61,999 nucleotides of DNA, taken from IMG/VR virus record IMGVR_UViG_3300010413_000031, positions 1-61,999 of that record; one strand, written 5' to 3'. The notes under the pieces are model-generated. The model did no database searches. It had not been told where the DNA came from and worked only from the letters and a program-made list of their open reading frames with translations. Positions within the stretch are counted from its first letter, which is position 1, and every line of letters begins with the position of its first letter. The position numbers and the translations under genes were made by a program. The stretch comes from a virus (Duplodnaviria > Caudoviricetes). Shown here piece by piece: positions 1-10,249 of the stretch.

Positions 1-3000
1 GTAGGCAAGGTAACGAAGGTCAACCTGGATGAGGCCAAGGCTACCGTCAAGCCAGCCGATGGCGCAAGGGCGCGTCACGTTTCCTTCGACGATATTGAGG
101 CTGTGGGCAACTCCGCTCGCATGAAGAAGGAACTGGAGACGGCGGCTGCCTCTGTGCGCAAGGGCGGAGAAGAGAAGACATCCGCGCCTGCGGCCAAGAC
201 TCGCAAGGTCAACAAGAAGACCGGAGAGGCAGTTATCGTAGAGGAAGAGGCAGAGACAGCCGTCGCAACCCGCAGTCCGCGCTCCGGAAAGAAGACCAGG
301 ACCAAGAAGGACAAGCTGGGTAAGAGTTCCAGGGTGGCCCGGCGCGAGGAGGGAGTATCTGAGCCAGAGGCTGTGGCCGATATGGCAGAGGTCAAGGCCA
401 AGGCCAGGGCCGCTCTGGCCAGGGACGTAGGGAAGGAGATCGAGCCAGAGGTGGCTGCGGCCATGGAGGCTACGGACATTGGCGACTACCTCCAGATCCC
501 CGGCCCTAAGAAGTCCAAGTGGACGGTAGAGCTGCTTGAGTTCGTCGAGGGGGGCAAAGCCAGGGTCCGCGTGGTTAAGGGCAGGGGTGCTCAGAAGGGC
601 GACGTCCTTGAGGTCCCCGCCATGGATCTGGTCAAGTACCGCCCGGAGGTTAGGGAGGCCGCCAAGAAGGCTCTGGCTGAGGCCGAGAGGCAGAAGGCGG
701 CTGTAGAGGGCGCGGTAGCTGATATCCAGACCGAACTGGCCAGGAGGCGTGCTGAGCTGCTGAGGGGCGGAGAGATGCCTTACATGGAGGCAGGTCACAC
801 ACCCGAGCCCGGTAACAATGTAGTGTTCTTCAGCGTCCCTGAGGATCTGGCTATAGAGTTCGAGAACATCGTGCTGCGCCAGAAGGCTGGTATGCCTGTC
901 AATCCTATCACCGTGCTCAAGGACCAGAACATTGGCATGCACGTCCTGCCGCAGCCTGAGGATGGAACTTCAGTTCTGTATGCTATGGAGGCTCCGGGCA
1001 ATCTGATGCCGCAGAAGACTGGCAGGGCCCGTCACTTCATCAACGCGCTGAACGATAAGGAGAAGGCGAGGCCGCTGCCCAACACCTACGACACGCCTAT
1101 TCCACTGCCCGACCCGGAGGTAGCCAATAAGGCGCAGTTCTATCGCGTGCCTACACAGCTGCGCAAGGGTTTGGCTGACGTTCATCAGCTGAACGCCATG
1201 ACCAACCAGGAGAAGATAGACTATCTGAAGGCGGCTCTTGCCATGGACTTCCACCTGCCTGAGGAGGTGGGAGACGCCGCTGCCGAGGTTACGGTAGCCG
1301 CTGCCAAGGCCAAGAGGTCCGCTTCTACCGGCGATCAGGCAGCCGCTGTCGAGTCTGTGCGCGAAGCCGAGGCGGCCAAGGCTGATCTGGCTGTAACCCT
1401 GGCTGAGGAGGCTGACTCTGAGCTGGCGGAGATTCGCAAGAGGGCTATGGCAGCCCTGGCGGCAGAGGAAGGAGCGGACGACGCCCCTATCCAGCCTGTC
1501 ACACAGGGTCATTGGGGTAAGGTCCTGCGTAATCTGGCGGCTGTGGAGCCGAACGAGCTACCCGACACCCGAATTGTCCTGACCCATCCTGAGGGCCGTG
1601 GCATCATGGTCATCACAAGGCGTGAGGTGGATGCGCCTATCCATGTAAGCGAGCCGGGAGAGATCCTGGGTGCCACAGTCAAGCGCGATCCCGCTACCCG
1701 CGCCCCGATCACGACCAAGGATGAGGTCTTCGACGTGACGGTGGTCAACCAGAACGACGAGCAGATCCACTTCACCTTCGAGGGCGATCCGCTAGTTGAG
1801 GGCAGGGCGCGTGCGGTCAACGCCATGGATAGGGTGGTGGAGCGCATTCAGGAGAGCCCGTTCGCCCAGTCCGAAGTGCGTTACCTGGGCAACGCCCACT
1901 ACGTACAGCAGGGCGACCAGAAGATGATGGCCAAGATCACCCGTAAGGCCAAGGGGCAGGAGGGTGTCCAGATCGGCTTCTACGAGAAGATGGATGACGG
2001 TACCTGGAGGACCCTATCCAAGAAGCAGCTCCCATACGAGCGCGACTCCGCGAACTATGAGCTGGCTCAGGATTACCTGCACAAGAAGGGTTACAGGCTG
2101 CTGGGTGATCCGGGTATCCACTACTTTAGTCGTCTCAGGCGTGTGCGCGCGAGCGTGCCCGATCCTTCTACTGCCTCCGCTCTGGAGCTGGAGGGTGTCC
2201 ACAAAGCCCTCAAGGAAAGCGTCATGGACCTGATGCTGGACCAGAAGGGTGTGCTGTCCAAGGACCTGCGTGAGTACCTATCGGCCTTCGGTCGTCGCTG
2301 GGTTGATCTAGGTGCCGAGGGCGTACCTTTCAATCCGAAGATCCGTGACGCGCTGGGCGCTGTGACACTGGAGGACCTGCGTCCTCGCACCTTCTCCAGC
2401 TGGGGACGCTCCCTGGGTGGGGGCAGCGTGAGGGGCGTAAGGGGTGGATTCCAGCGTCCTTCTGGAGCCAACGTGGAGGTTGGAGAGAACTTCTTCGAGC
2501 ATGCCCTCTACAGTGGTATGGGATATGATGGTGTCGAGGGTGCCAGCGGTATCGAAGCGGCTGGCAGCAGCCCTAACCTCTCCGGCCCGTGGCCCGAGGA
2601 GGTGTGGATTCGCAACGACCGCAACGTCATGGACCCCGACAAGATCAGGGAATGGCGCGACCTGTTGTATAGGCAGATCGAAGAGGAGCGGTTCGCGGAC
2701 GTGGACGGCATGATGGAGCCGGAGCCTACGGCCCACACTTCCAACCAAGGCTATGTGGTACTGGAGGACGGTACGACTGCCAGGGTGAAGAGCAGGATGG
2801 AGGGAACTCCGGACCTGCTGGTTGAGACCTTTGGTGGCGAGAGCTTCACTGTCCCTAAGGCTGGCACTAAGATAGAGACCGGCACCAAGCGCGATCTCTT
2901 CTGGGCCAAGGTGAAGCGAGTGGCCGAGGGTGATGAGGCAGGTATCCCTGGGCCATTGCCTGTCGGTGCTGGCACACTAGAGCGTGAGCTGGGTCTGCTG

Positions 3001-6000
3001 GGCGTACAGGACAAGAGGCTCGTCGGAGCCGCCCTGCGCGAGGAGCTGGCCAAGGAGATTGATAAGATCCAGCCTGCGGGCGGCAAGGGTCCGTTCAAGG
3101 GCAAGGTCGGGATCAAGGGTGCCCGTCGCTTCACTGGCAGTCAGGAAGCCTATGATCGTGTAGCTCAGATCTACCGCCGCGCCCTGGAGATTGGAGAGGA
3201 CGTAACACAGGATCTGCCCGAGAACCTCAGGCGCCCATTCAAGTGGGCTGTATACAAGCACATGCAGGGTGAGTACGGAGATCATCCTATCTATGACCTA
3301 GCTGCTCGTGCCCTGCTGGACGAGCTGGATCCAGTGGAGCGCGCAAGGCTCAATGACTGGGCCGGTGAGTTCGGACTCCACGGACAGCCAGCCTACGACC
3401 AGGTGAACGAGCTGATCAAGCGCGGCCAGGTGGACTATCAGGCTGCCAAGCTGGCCTTCGAGGTCAAGAACGACCTGGGTGTGCTGGGCTGGTGGGGTGA
3501 TACAGAAATTCCTGGGCGTGTGGCCTTGAAGAAGTACAGGCGAGTCCAGGACCTGAGGACCTATTGGGGTGGACTGGACTTCCACATTCCTCATAAGGCA
3601 GCCGCTCGACAGCCTACGGCCGAGGGTATGATCCGTGACGCCTATAAGGCGGCTGAGATGGAGGCCCGCAGAAGGGACCGTGTCAACAACTTGCTGCTGG
3701 AGCTGCAGAGCTTCGGCATCAAGGACAAGGACATGGTGACCCTACGTAACATGATCGAGACCCATCCTAACTGGGAGACTGCGGCCAAGGCCAATGTGAA
3801 TGCGCGTTTCCAGCGTCCCTACCAGTTGCTCAAGGACTGGTTCGAGGAGACCAGGTATGAGACGATCTGGCTCAAGATGCAGCGCGGCTACCAGGCCCGC
3901 CCGCTGAGGCGCGACCAGTTTGGCAAGCTGCACTGGGAGGACGAGTACCTGATGCACAAGGCCGATCTCAAGAAGCACTTCCCAGAGGGCGAGATCCCCG
4001 AGGACTTCCTGATCATTGATGACGTCAGGGGTCAGCAGGGTATTATGACCCACGAGGAGATCGACAGGTTCGTCCACTATCTGCAGGATCCGGACATCCC
4101 GGACTCTGCCACACTCAAGGCCAAGGCGCCTGAGGACCCGGCCCTCCACAAGTTCGTGGACCAGTTCGACTTCTGGAAGAACTGGAAGATCGATAACTAC
4201 TGGCCTTACATTCACGAGGGCAACACCATCATCTATGAGGTGCTGCCCGATGGTACGGAGGTGACAAGGGGCTTTACCTACGGGCTGATGGATGCTGTCG
4301 ACCTCATTCGTGAGGGCATCAAGATGGAGAAGCTGAGCGCCAACGGTCGGTATGGTATCCGTGAGATCGCCCCGATGCTGGATGACATCATGCAGCAGAC
4401 CATTCCGGTCAAGAAGTACATACAGATCACCGAGGCCATTGCCAAGGCTGTCAACATGGACCCGGATGAGGTCAGTGCGTTGATCACCGGCAAGTACGGA
4501 GCCCTGGCTCCTGGAGCCGCAGGTAAGCGTGCTCCGTTCTTCGCTAATGCGGAGAGGAGGCTTGCTGGTCTCAAGCCTCTCAAGGAAGACCCTCTGGCTG
4601 AGATCCAGATCTATGCAGCCAGGATCGCCCGTGCCCATTACAAGCATGACATCCTGAAGTCCATCGCCAAGTGGACTGAGCTGGACGAGGCTGTCAGTCG
4701 TGCGGCCAATACCGAGCCACTCAGGATGAGGTTCCACCAGGCCGAGCAGAATGGTCCATGGTCGAAGCTGGCCGCCATGACACGCGACCAGCTGCGTGGC
4801 GCTCTGGGCCTCTACACACAGGCCGACCACATGGCCGACTTCGTTCTGGGCCTCAGGAACTTCGCCGCGAAGGCGCCTAAGAACGTGTACAAGATGGTGG
4901 CCAGCGGCGACAAGATGCTGACCCTGGATGAGATCTTCACATGGGCCAACTACTACCAGCCTTACAGCGCCAGGAAGTACGCGGGTGATATCATCGCCAT
5001 CCAGAGCATGATGAAGCTGGGTGCGAACCCTATGTCTGCCTTCGTCAACCTAACGCAGACCCTGACCAACGTAGCTCCATACGTTGGCACGACACGCACG
5101 CTGAAGGCCATCAATGATGCGGGCAGGTTCATCAATGCCGGTCTTCCTGGAGGCCTTGATGTCAATAGCGCGCGGTACGCTGAGATAAAGGGCCTGGTAG
5201 ACTGGGCTGGTATCGAGTACATGCCAGCCAAGCAGCAGGCGGGTATTGGCTGGGCCGATCAGATCGGCAAGCGCGCCCCGAGGCTGGGACGCTCCGCGCT
5301 GGGTGTCGGCTTCGACTTCGCCAACTACTGGAGCATGCGCATGTTCAACGGTGCTGAGCGCACCAACCGTATCAGCACCATGATCGCTGGCTACGGGCAT
5401 GCGGTTGAGAAGGGCATGAGCCACGAGGCCGCCCGAGAGTTCGCCAAGGATCTTGTGACCAAGACCCAGTTCCTGTACACCACACAGGCCATGCCGATGT
5501 TCATGAAGGGACCTATCGGCCGCGTCCTGTTCCAGTTCAAGCCGTTCCTGGTGAACCAGGTGTCGCTGGAGAAGGACATGGTCATGAAGGTCGTCCGCTC
5601 CGGGTTCAAGGATTCCCAGGCCTGGAAGGAGCTGGGCGTACACATGGGCGCATACACCGCATTCGGCGGGCTGCGCGGCCTTGTGAACCACCCGCTGTTC
5701 ATGGTCTGGAATGGACTGGCGGCCCTGTTCGGCTGGAAGTACGCCGAAGACGCCATGCTGGGCGCCAACCGGCACGCCAAGGACGCTAAGACACGCGGCC
5801 TGTTCAAGGGCAGCGAGTACTTCAGCGCCAGGGATGCCCTGGTGCACGGCATTCCGGGGCTGCTGAGCATCTCTATCGGAGACAGGATCGGAGTCAGTGG
5901 GCAGGAGCTGACCCCGGATGACTTCATTCTGGGACCCCACACTACCCTGCTCAAGGACACTTACAGTGCTTTGTGGGGATACCTGAAGGCCTCGCAGGAG

Positions 6001-6621
6001 GAGGGACGAGCGGGCATGGCTGGCTTTGGTGCGGGAGCTGGTCTGGGTATGGTGGTCTCCAAGGGCCGCCCATACGCACCGCTGTTCGCTGGTTTGATGG
6101 GTGCTCTATACTCCAGCAAGCTGAGCAACAGCCCACTTGAGGACTACTTTAGCACGCGCGAGGGCCGTAAGGCCTGGCGCAGCATGGCGCCCACAGCCAT
6201 GAAGAATGGCGAGCGTACGTGGGAGATCATGCAGGGGATGCAGCCACGCGACATCAACTTCCGTCCGCTGCAGCAGCCGTGGGCCTGGAACTCCACACAG
6301 GGGGCTATCACCAGCCTGCTGGGAGCCCAGACCGTCGACGACACCGAGGCCAGGGCCGTATCCAGGGTGCTGGTATCGAGCGGCGAGAACGTACGGGCGC
6401 AGCGAGGTATGTACGCTGAGCAGATGGCCCATGCCATTGTCAGGGGTGACGTGGTCAAGTATCATCAGATAGCCTCTCGCGCCGCCCGCGAGGGTATAGT
6501 ATATGACTATAGTGACCTTCAGAGCCGCATCGAGCGCATGCGCGTACCGGCCATGGAGAGCGTGAGAAAGGCGCAGCCTGTCCAGGCACGCCTGCCGTTT
6601 ATGAAGGGGAAGATCAAGTAA
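1..6621 (+). CDS. Giant virion/DNA-ejection (large polyvalent-type) protein, 5'-truncated
   Basis: Frame is open from base 1 (>2200 aa). C-terminal helical region (EAAREFAKDLVTKTQFLY...GPIGRVLFQFKPF) resembles phage large internal virion proteins; it sits just before the lysis genes. Confidence 0.7.
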   Translation, partial: VGKVTKVNLDEAKATVKPADGARARHVSFDDIEAVGNSARMKKELETAAASVRKGGEEKTSAPAAKTRKVNKKTGEAVIVEEEAETAVATRSPRSGKKTRTKKDKLGKSSRVARREEGVSEPEAVADMAEVKAKARAALARDVGKEIEPEVAAAMEATDIGDYLQIPGPKKSKWTVELLEFVEGGKARVRVVKGRGAQKGDVLEVPAMDLVKYRPEVREAAKKALAEAERQKAAVEGAVADIQTELARRRAELLRGGEMPYMEAGHTPEPGNNVVFFSVPEDLAIEFENIVLRQKAGMPVNPITVLKDQNIGMHVLPQPEDGTSVLYAMEAPGNLMPQKTGRARHFINALNDKEKARPLPNTYDTPIPLPDPEVANKAQFYRVPTQLRKGLADVHQLNAMTNQEKIDYLKAALAMDFHLPEEVGDAAAEVTVAAAKAKRSASTGDQAAAVESVREAEAAKADLAVTLAEEADSELAEIRKRAMAALAAEEGADDAPIQPVTQGHWGKVLRNLAAVEPNELPDTRIVLTHPEGRGIMVITRREVDAPIHVSEPGEILGATVKRDPATRAPITTKDEVFDVTVVNQNDEQIHFTFEGDPLVEGRARAVNAMDRVVERIQESPFAQSEVRYLGNAHYVQQGDQKMMAKITRKAKGQEGVQIGFYEKMDDGTWRTLSKKQLPYERDSANYELAQDYLHKKGYRLLGDPGIHYFSRLRRVRASVPDPSTASALELEGVHKALKESVMDLMLDQKGVLSKDLREYLSAFGRRWVDLGAEGVPFNPKIRDALGAVTLEDLRPRTFSSWGRSLGGGSVRGVRGGFQRPSGANVEVGENFFEHALYSGMGYDGVEGASGIEAAGSSPNLSGPWPEEVWIRNDRNVMDPDKIREWRDLLYRQIEEERFADVDGMMEPEPTAHTSNQGYVVLEDGTTARVKSRMEGTPDLLVETFGGESFTVPKAGTKIETGTKRDLFWAKVKRVAEGDEAGIPGPLPVGAGTLERELGLLGVQDKRLVGAALREELAKEIDKIQPAGGKGPFKGKVGIKGARRFTGSQEAYDRVAQIYRRALEIGEDVTQDLPENLRRPFKWAVYKHMQGEYGDHPIYDLAARALLDELDPVERARLNDWAGEFGLHGQPAYDQVNELIKRGQVDYQAAKLAFEVKNDLGVLGWWGDTEIPGRVALKKYRRVQDLRTYWGGLDFHIPHKAAARQPTAEGMIRDAYKAAEMEARRRDRVNNLLLELQSFGIKDKDMVTLRNMIETHPNWETAAKANVNARFQRPYQLLKDWFEETRYETIWLKMQRGYQARPLRRDQFGKLHWEDEYLMHKADLKKHFPEGEIPEDFLIIDDVRGQQGIMTHEEIDRFVHYLQDPDIPDSATLKAKAPEDPALHKFVDQFDFWKNWKIDNYWPYIHEGNTIIYEVLPDGTEVTRGFTYGLMDAVDLIREGIKMEKLSANGRYGIREIAPMLDDIMQQTIPVKKYIQITEAIAKAVNMDPDEVSALITGKYGALAPGAAGKRAPFFANAERRLAGLKPLKEDPLAEIQIYAARIARAHYKHDILKSIAKWTELDEAVSRAANTEPLRMRFHQAEQNGPWSKLAAMTRDQLRGALGLYTQADHMADFVLGLRNFAAKAPKNVYKMVASGDKMLTLDEIFTWANYYQPYSARKYAGDIIAIQSMMKLGANPMSAFVNLTQTLTNVAPYVGTTRTLKAINDAGRFINAGLPGGLDVNSARYAEIKGLVDWAGIEYMPAKQQAGIGWADQIGKRAPRLGRSALGVGFDFANYWSMRMFNGAERTNRISTMIAGYGHAVEKGMSHEAAREFAKDLVTKTQFLYTTQAMPMFMKGPIGRVLFQFKPFLVNQVSLEKDMVMKVVRSGFKDSQAWKELGVHMGAYTAFGGLRGLVNHPLFMVWNGLAALFGWKYAEDAMLGANRHAKDAKTRGLFKGSEYFSARDALVHGIPGLLSISIGDRIGVSGQELTPDDFILGPHTTLLKDTYSALWGYLKASQEEGRAGMAGFGAGAGLGMVVSKGRPYAPLFAGLMGALYSSKLSNSPLEDYFSTREGRKAWRSMAPTAMKNGERTWEIMQGMQPRDINFRPLQQPWAWNSTQGAITSLLGAQTVDDTEARAVSRVLVSSGENVRAQRGMYAEQMAHAIVRGDVVKYHQIASRAAREGIVYDYSDLQSRIERMRVPAMESVRKAQPVQARLPFMKGKIK

Positions 6622-6998
6622 TGCTGCGTGAGATCCTGAGTGTTCTACCGTACCTGGCTACGCTGATAGCGGGAGCGGCCGTAGTGTTCGGGCTGGTCTG
6701 GTCCCTCATCCAGATCAACCGGACTATAGCGTGCCAGTACAAGAACCGTGTCGAGTTCCGGAAGACTGTGTTGGAGGGCATGCGAAGGCTGGAGCAGTGC
6801 TGGGTAGCTCTGCACAACCACATCCCTACCGCGCTCCACCAGCTGGAGCTACGGCAGGAGCGTATGGAGAGTAAGATAGATAGCAACTACCAGCGTATCG
6901 AGCGGGTGGAGCAGGACATCGACTCTACCCTGGATCGTGTCATCACAATACTGGAGAAGGATCATGCAGGAGCTGATCGACAGGACGGCCCAGCGTAA
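6621..6998 (+). CDS. Membrane-anchored coiled-coil protein (lysis cassette)
   Basis: N-terminal TM helix, coiled-coil C-terminus, TAATG coupling to the upstream gene. Confidence 0.55.
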   Translation: MLREILSVLPYLATLIAGAAVVFGLVWSLIQINRTIACQYKNRVEFRKTVLEGMRRLEQCWVALHNHIPTALHQLELRQERMESKIDSNYQRIERVEQDIDSTLDRVITILEKDHAGADRQDGPA

Positions 6999-7194
6999 GA
7001 CACCCCAGCTCTGGGAGAAGATCAGGGACAGCATCGTCGGGGTGCTGATCATCGGTGTGGTTGGCTTCCTCAAGTGGAAGGCCGACCTGGGTGATATCTA
7101 CTTCGGCATCGGCATGCTGTTCGGTGGTACGATGGTCTCCAAGTCGCTGGGGATGGACTTCCTGGCTGCCATCAAGGACAAGATCTCGAAGTAG
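6964..7194 (+). CDS. Putative holin
   Basis: 76 aa, two hydrophobic segments, basic C-terminus, immediately before the endolysin; GGAGAAGG upstream of ATG. Confidence 0.55.
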   Translation: MQELIDRTAQRKTPQLWEKIRDSIVGVLIIGVVGFLKWKADLGDIYFGIGMLFGGTMVSKSLGMDFLAAIKDKISK

Positions 7195-7202
7195 GAGGGG
7201 TT

Positions 7203-7685
7203 ATGCCGAAGTTCGGGGACGAGTCACAGAAGAAGCTGGACACGCTGGATACACGCCTTCAGTGGGTGATGAAGGCCTCCATCATCGGGGGTCCTGACTT
7301 CTCTATCGTGGAGGGCAAGCGCTCCGTCGAGACCCAGCGGGAGTACTACAGGCAGGGCCTGACACGCACCATGAACTCCAAGCACGTCTACCCTCAGCAG
7401 ACCAAGAGTCTGGCTGTGGATGTCGTGCCCTTCGTGGATGGGAAGCAGTTGTGGGTCCAGAAGCCGCAGGGCCTGACCGGGCTCATGTGGTCTGTCGTCC
7501 GTCGCTATACCAAGCGGTGGGCGCAGATGGCCTTCCTGGCTGGCTGGATCATGGCCAAGGCTGATGAGCTGGGCGTGCCACTGCGTTGGGGAGGCGACTG
7601 GGATGGCGACTTCGACTTCTCCGACAACGACTTTGATGACATCTGGCACTTCGAACTGCGGAACACCTCGGGCTCTGAGGGGTAG
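7203..7685 (+). CDS. Endolysin, M15 family L-Ala-D-Glu peptidase
   Basis: Motifs SKH...AVD...WGGDW...DxxHFEL. Confidence 0.9.
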   Translation: MPKFGDESQKKLDTLDTRLQWVMKASIIGGPDFSIVEGKRSVETQREYYRQGLTRTMNSKHVYPQQTKSLAVDVVPFVDGKQLWVQKPQGLTGLMWSVVRRYTKRWAQMAFLAGWIMAKADELGVPLRWGGDWDGDFDFSDNDFDDIWHFELRNTSGSEG

Positions 7686-7693
7686 GAGGTACT

Positions 7694-8335
7694 ATGTTGG
7701 GACTACTGAAGGCAGTGCCCTGGCAAGTGTGGGTGGTGTCAGCCCTCGCTCTGGGCTTCCTCGCCTGGCTCAAGGAGCACGACAGGACAGTGAAGCTGAG
7801 GGCGGAGCTTGAGCTGCACCAGCCTGCCATCGACAGCGTCGGGGCCATCGTAGACAGCCTGGAAACCAAGCTGGAGGAAGACAGTGTACGATGGGACGCA
7901 CAGCTCACAGACGCCGCGCGTCGGTTTGAGGAGCTTCAACAGAGAGATGAGGCAAGCGAGGCGGAGCACATATATGCTGCGACTACGGTCGACAGCCTTG
8001 TGGCGCAGGTCAGAAAGCATAGCCCACCAGAACTCGCGCAGGTCGTGGCCGCACTCGATACTGCCATATTGGCAGAGCGCGAGGCTGCGGCTGAGCGGCT
8101 GGCTATCCGAGCTTCACAGGTATCTGTTCTCCAGGGGCAGGTATCGACACTCCAGGAAATGGTAGGCCGGGAGCGCGAGCTTCGCATAGGGCTGCAGCAG
8201 GAAAACGCACTCTTGACAGCACAGCTAGAGCGGGCCTACGATGCCCTAAAGCCAGGGTTCTTCGAGAAGGTGTCCAATCATCCACTGACGAAGCTGGGCC
8301 TGGTTGGCCTGGGGTATGGATTGGGGAAGCTCTAA
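7694..8335 (+). CDS. Spanin-like (Rz-like) coiled-coil protein
   Basis: N-terminal TM, long coiled coil, follows the endolysin. Confidence 0.55.
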   Translation: MLGLLKAVPWQVWVVSALALGFLAWLKEHDRTVKLRAELELHQPAIDSVGAIVDSLETKLEEDSVRWDAQLTDAARRFEELQQRDEASEAEHIYAATTVDSLVAQVRKHSPPELAQVVAALDTAILAEREAAAERLAIRASQVSVLQGQVSTLQEMVGRERELRIGLQQENALLTAQLERAYDALKPGFFEKVSNHPLTKLGLVGLGYGLGKL

Positions 8336-8541
8336 TGATCACGGACGTGCTGGAACAGGTAACAGAACTAAGGAAGTTTGTCACGCGGCTGCTCCCAGGT
8401 GATGAGCCCACAGTCTGGCTCACAGTAGAGGAGTTCGCCGTACTGCAGGAGATAGAGGAGAAGTTGCAGGACTGCGAGTCTCAGCTGCTGGTCCATGTCG
8501 CATCAACTAAGGAGACGGAAGATGAGCCCGGAGATCTATAA
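8335..8541 (+). CDS. Hypothetical protein
   Basis: TAATG-coupled ORF. Confidence 0.5.
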   Translation: MITDVLEQVTELRKFVTRLLPGDEPTVWLTVEEFAVLQEIEEKLQDCESQLLVHVASTKETEDEPGDL

Positions 8542-8971
8542 CCTGCAGGGTGAGCCCATCAGCCTGAGTGACTTTCGCAGCGTCTTCAAGCGCCTGGTTA
8601 GGGGCGGTGAGCCGCAGAGCGACAGGGAGAAGATCATCTCCGACGCCATTCGCGTGGCCAACAACAACGTGGACAGGATAGGTACACCTACCGAGGCCAT
8701 CATGACGGCATGGTTCGCCTTCATGTCCTCTCGCAAGTGGATATCCGAGCACACTACTCCGGAAGGGGCGGCCCTCCTCAGTAAGACAGACGCCATGCTC
8801 ACCATGGTGGTGGTCAACCTGCTGTGGGAGGCGTGGAGTGCGCTGGACGGGGTCGACAAGATCAATGGACAGGGGGAGCTGAATGTCACCGGGGAGGAGA
8901 ATGAGGACAGCGGGGGAGGCAAAGGAGCTATTCCAACAGTACCTAGCCCTGAACCCGGACCTCCAAACTAG
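8522..8971 (+). CDS. Hypothetical protein
   Basis: AAGGAG RBS, overlaps the upstream ORF. Confidence 0.55.
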   Translation: MSPEIYNLQGEPISLSDFRSVFKRLVRGGEPQSDREKIISDAIRVANNNVDRIGTPTEAIMTAWFAFMSSRKWISEHTTPEGAALLSKTDAMLTMVVVNLLWEAWSALDGVDKINGQGELNVTGEENEDSGGGKGAIPTVPSPEPGPPN

Positions 8972-9686
8972 CACAGCCCACATCATGGCTGCCTTTGCGG
9001 TGGCCCCCTATGTGACGAACGAGACTCTCTACACCCTGCTCGACCGCAAGGCCGGGCAGACCTTTAGGAGGGAGCGGGCGTTCTTCTGGTGGAACGCCTT
9101 TGCTCTATCGGGGTTGGCAAAGGAGTGGAAGTGGTTCGTGAAGCAGAGGAACAGTGGTGTGCCGATGAACAAGCTGCTGTTCAAGCTGCGCCGGAAGCTG
9201 AGCCGTAAGCGCTGGCTCTTGCTGAGTAGGCGACTGGGCAAGGAGGAGCTGAATCCAAGCATCTACAGCAAGCGTAAGGGTGACGGTAACATCTGGACCA
9301 AGGGCGGGACGTGGGCGCGTAGCAGCAACTTCACACGCCTACTGGTTGAGAAGAAGCACCTGCCCAAGCGCCCTAAGTGGGCACCCTGGCACTACAAGCT
9401 GGGGGACGAGGGGGTCGAGCAGATCGAGCGGGAGCTGATGAACGTAGTCGATCCCGACACGATGCTGGCCCCAGAGGCCAGGATATTCGCGTGTGACTAC
9501 GTGCGCGCGCGCGTTCCACAATTAGTAGACGGGTTCAAAGGCGGAAGGACCACGATGCTCAGCCCCTATCACCTGCCCTGGTTCTTTCAGGCCAAGGTCC
9601 CTTACAAAGGGACCATCTACCGGCACAGGCGGAGGCCGAGCAACGAACCTACACCCGGAGGAGATGTGAAGAGATGGGAGTGGTAG
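8901..9686 (+). CDS. Hypothetical basic, Trp-rich protein (possible nucleic-acid binder)
   Basis: GGAGG RBS; Lys/Arg/Trp-rich. Confidence 0.55.
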   Translation: MRTAGEAKELFQQYLALNPDLQTSTAHIMAAFAVAPYVTNETLYTLLDRKAGQTFRRERAFFWWNAFALSGLAKEWKWFVKQRNSGVPMNKLLFKLRRKLSRKRWLLLSRRLGKEELNPSIYSKRKGDGNIWTKGGTWARSSNFTRLLVEKKHLPKRPKWAPWHYKLGDEGVEQIERELMNVVDPDTMLAPEARIFACDYVRARVPQLVDGFKGGRTTMLSPYHLPWFFQAKVPYKGTIYRHRRRPSNEPTPGGDVKRWEW

Positions 9687-10249
9687 AAGAGATACGCGGA
9701 CTGCTGGCAATATATGGTGCCCACGAACCTCTTCCAGAGATCGGCTGCTTCCGACGCAACGTCTGGACGCAGGGCGACCTGAGCTGGAAGTTAAGGCGCA
9801 GCAACATCTTACTGGCTGCGCTCGGCTATCCGTACCTTGTAACCAGCGTAACTGGTTCCAAGCACACGATTTACATCCTGGGCGGGCACTTGCTCCAGTT
9901 CAGGGGCGGGCCGTGGAAAAACCACTGGAGCGAGGACATCGATCTTCTAAGTGCTTTGGTACGAACGCAGTACGAGATCCTTGGTACCATCCTCTTGTGG
10001 GAAAATGAAGGAGAGATTAGTATTAACGAGTTGCCGCTACCAGAGGGATGGGAGCGAGTGGCGGCAGCGGTGCAGGAGGACGACTGGACCTATGCGGACG
10101 ATAACCCCCCACGTATACGGAAAGACTCGCAGCGAGCGAGTGCGTGCTTCTATTGCCCGGTCAAGAGTCGCTGCGATGCTACGGACCGTCTCTTCACTGA
10201 GTGTGGCGATTGGCCGGAAGGCTACAAAGCTGGCCCGCCTCATAAGTAG
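9674..10249 (+). CDS. Hypothetical protein with Cas4-like C-terminal Cys cluster
   Basis: CFYCPVKSRC motif (CxxCPxxxxC). Confidence 0.5.
   Translation: MGVVEEIRGLLAIYGAHEPLPEIGCFRRNVWTQGDLSWKLRRSNILLAALGYPYLVTSVTGSKHTIYILGGHLLQFRGGPWKNHWSEDIDLLSALVRTQYEILGTILLWENEGEISINELPLPEGWERVAAAVQEDDWTYADDNPPRIRKDSQRASACFYCPVKSRCDATDRLFTECGDWPEGYKAGPPHK

Noticed and set aside
1-6621. Virion RNA polymerase
   Set aside because: No DxDGD/DFDGD or T7-type catalytic motifs in the visible part; the missing N-terminus cannot be assessed
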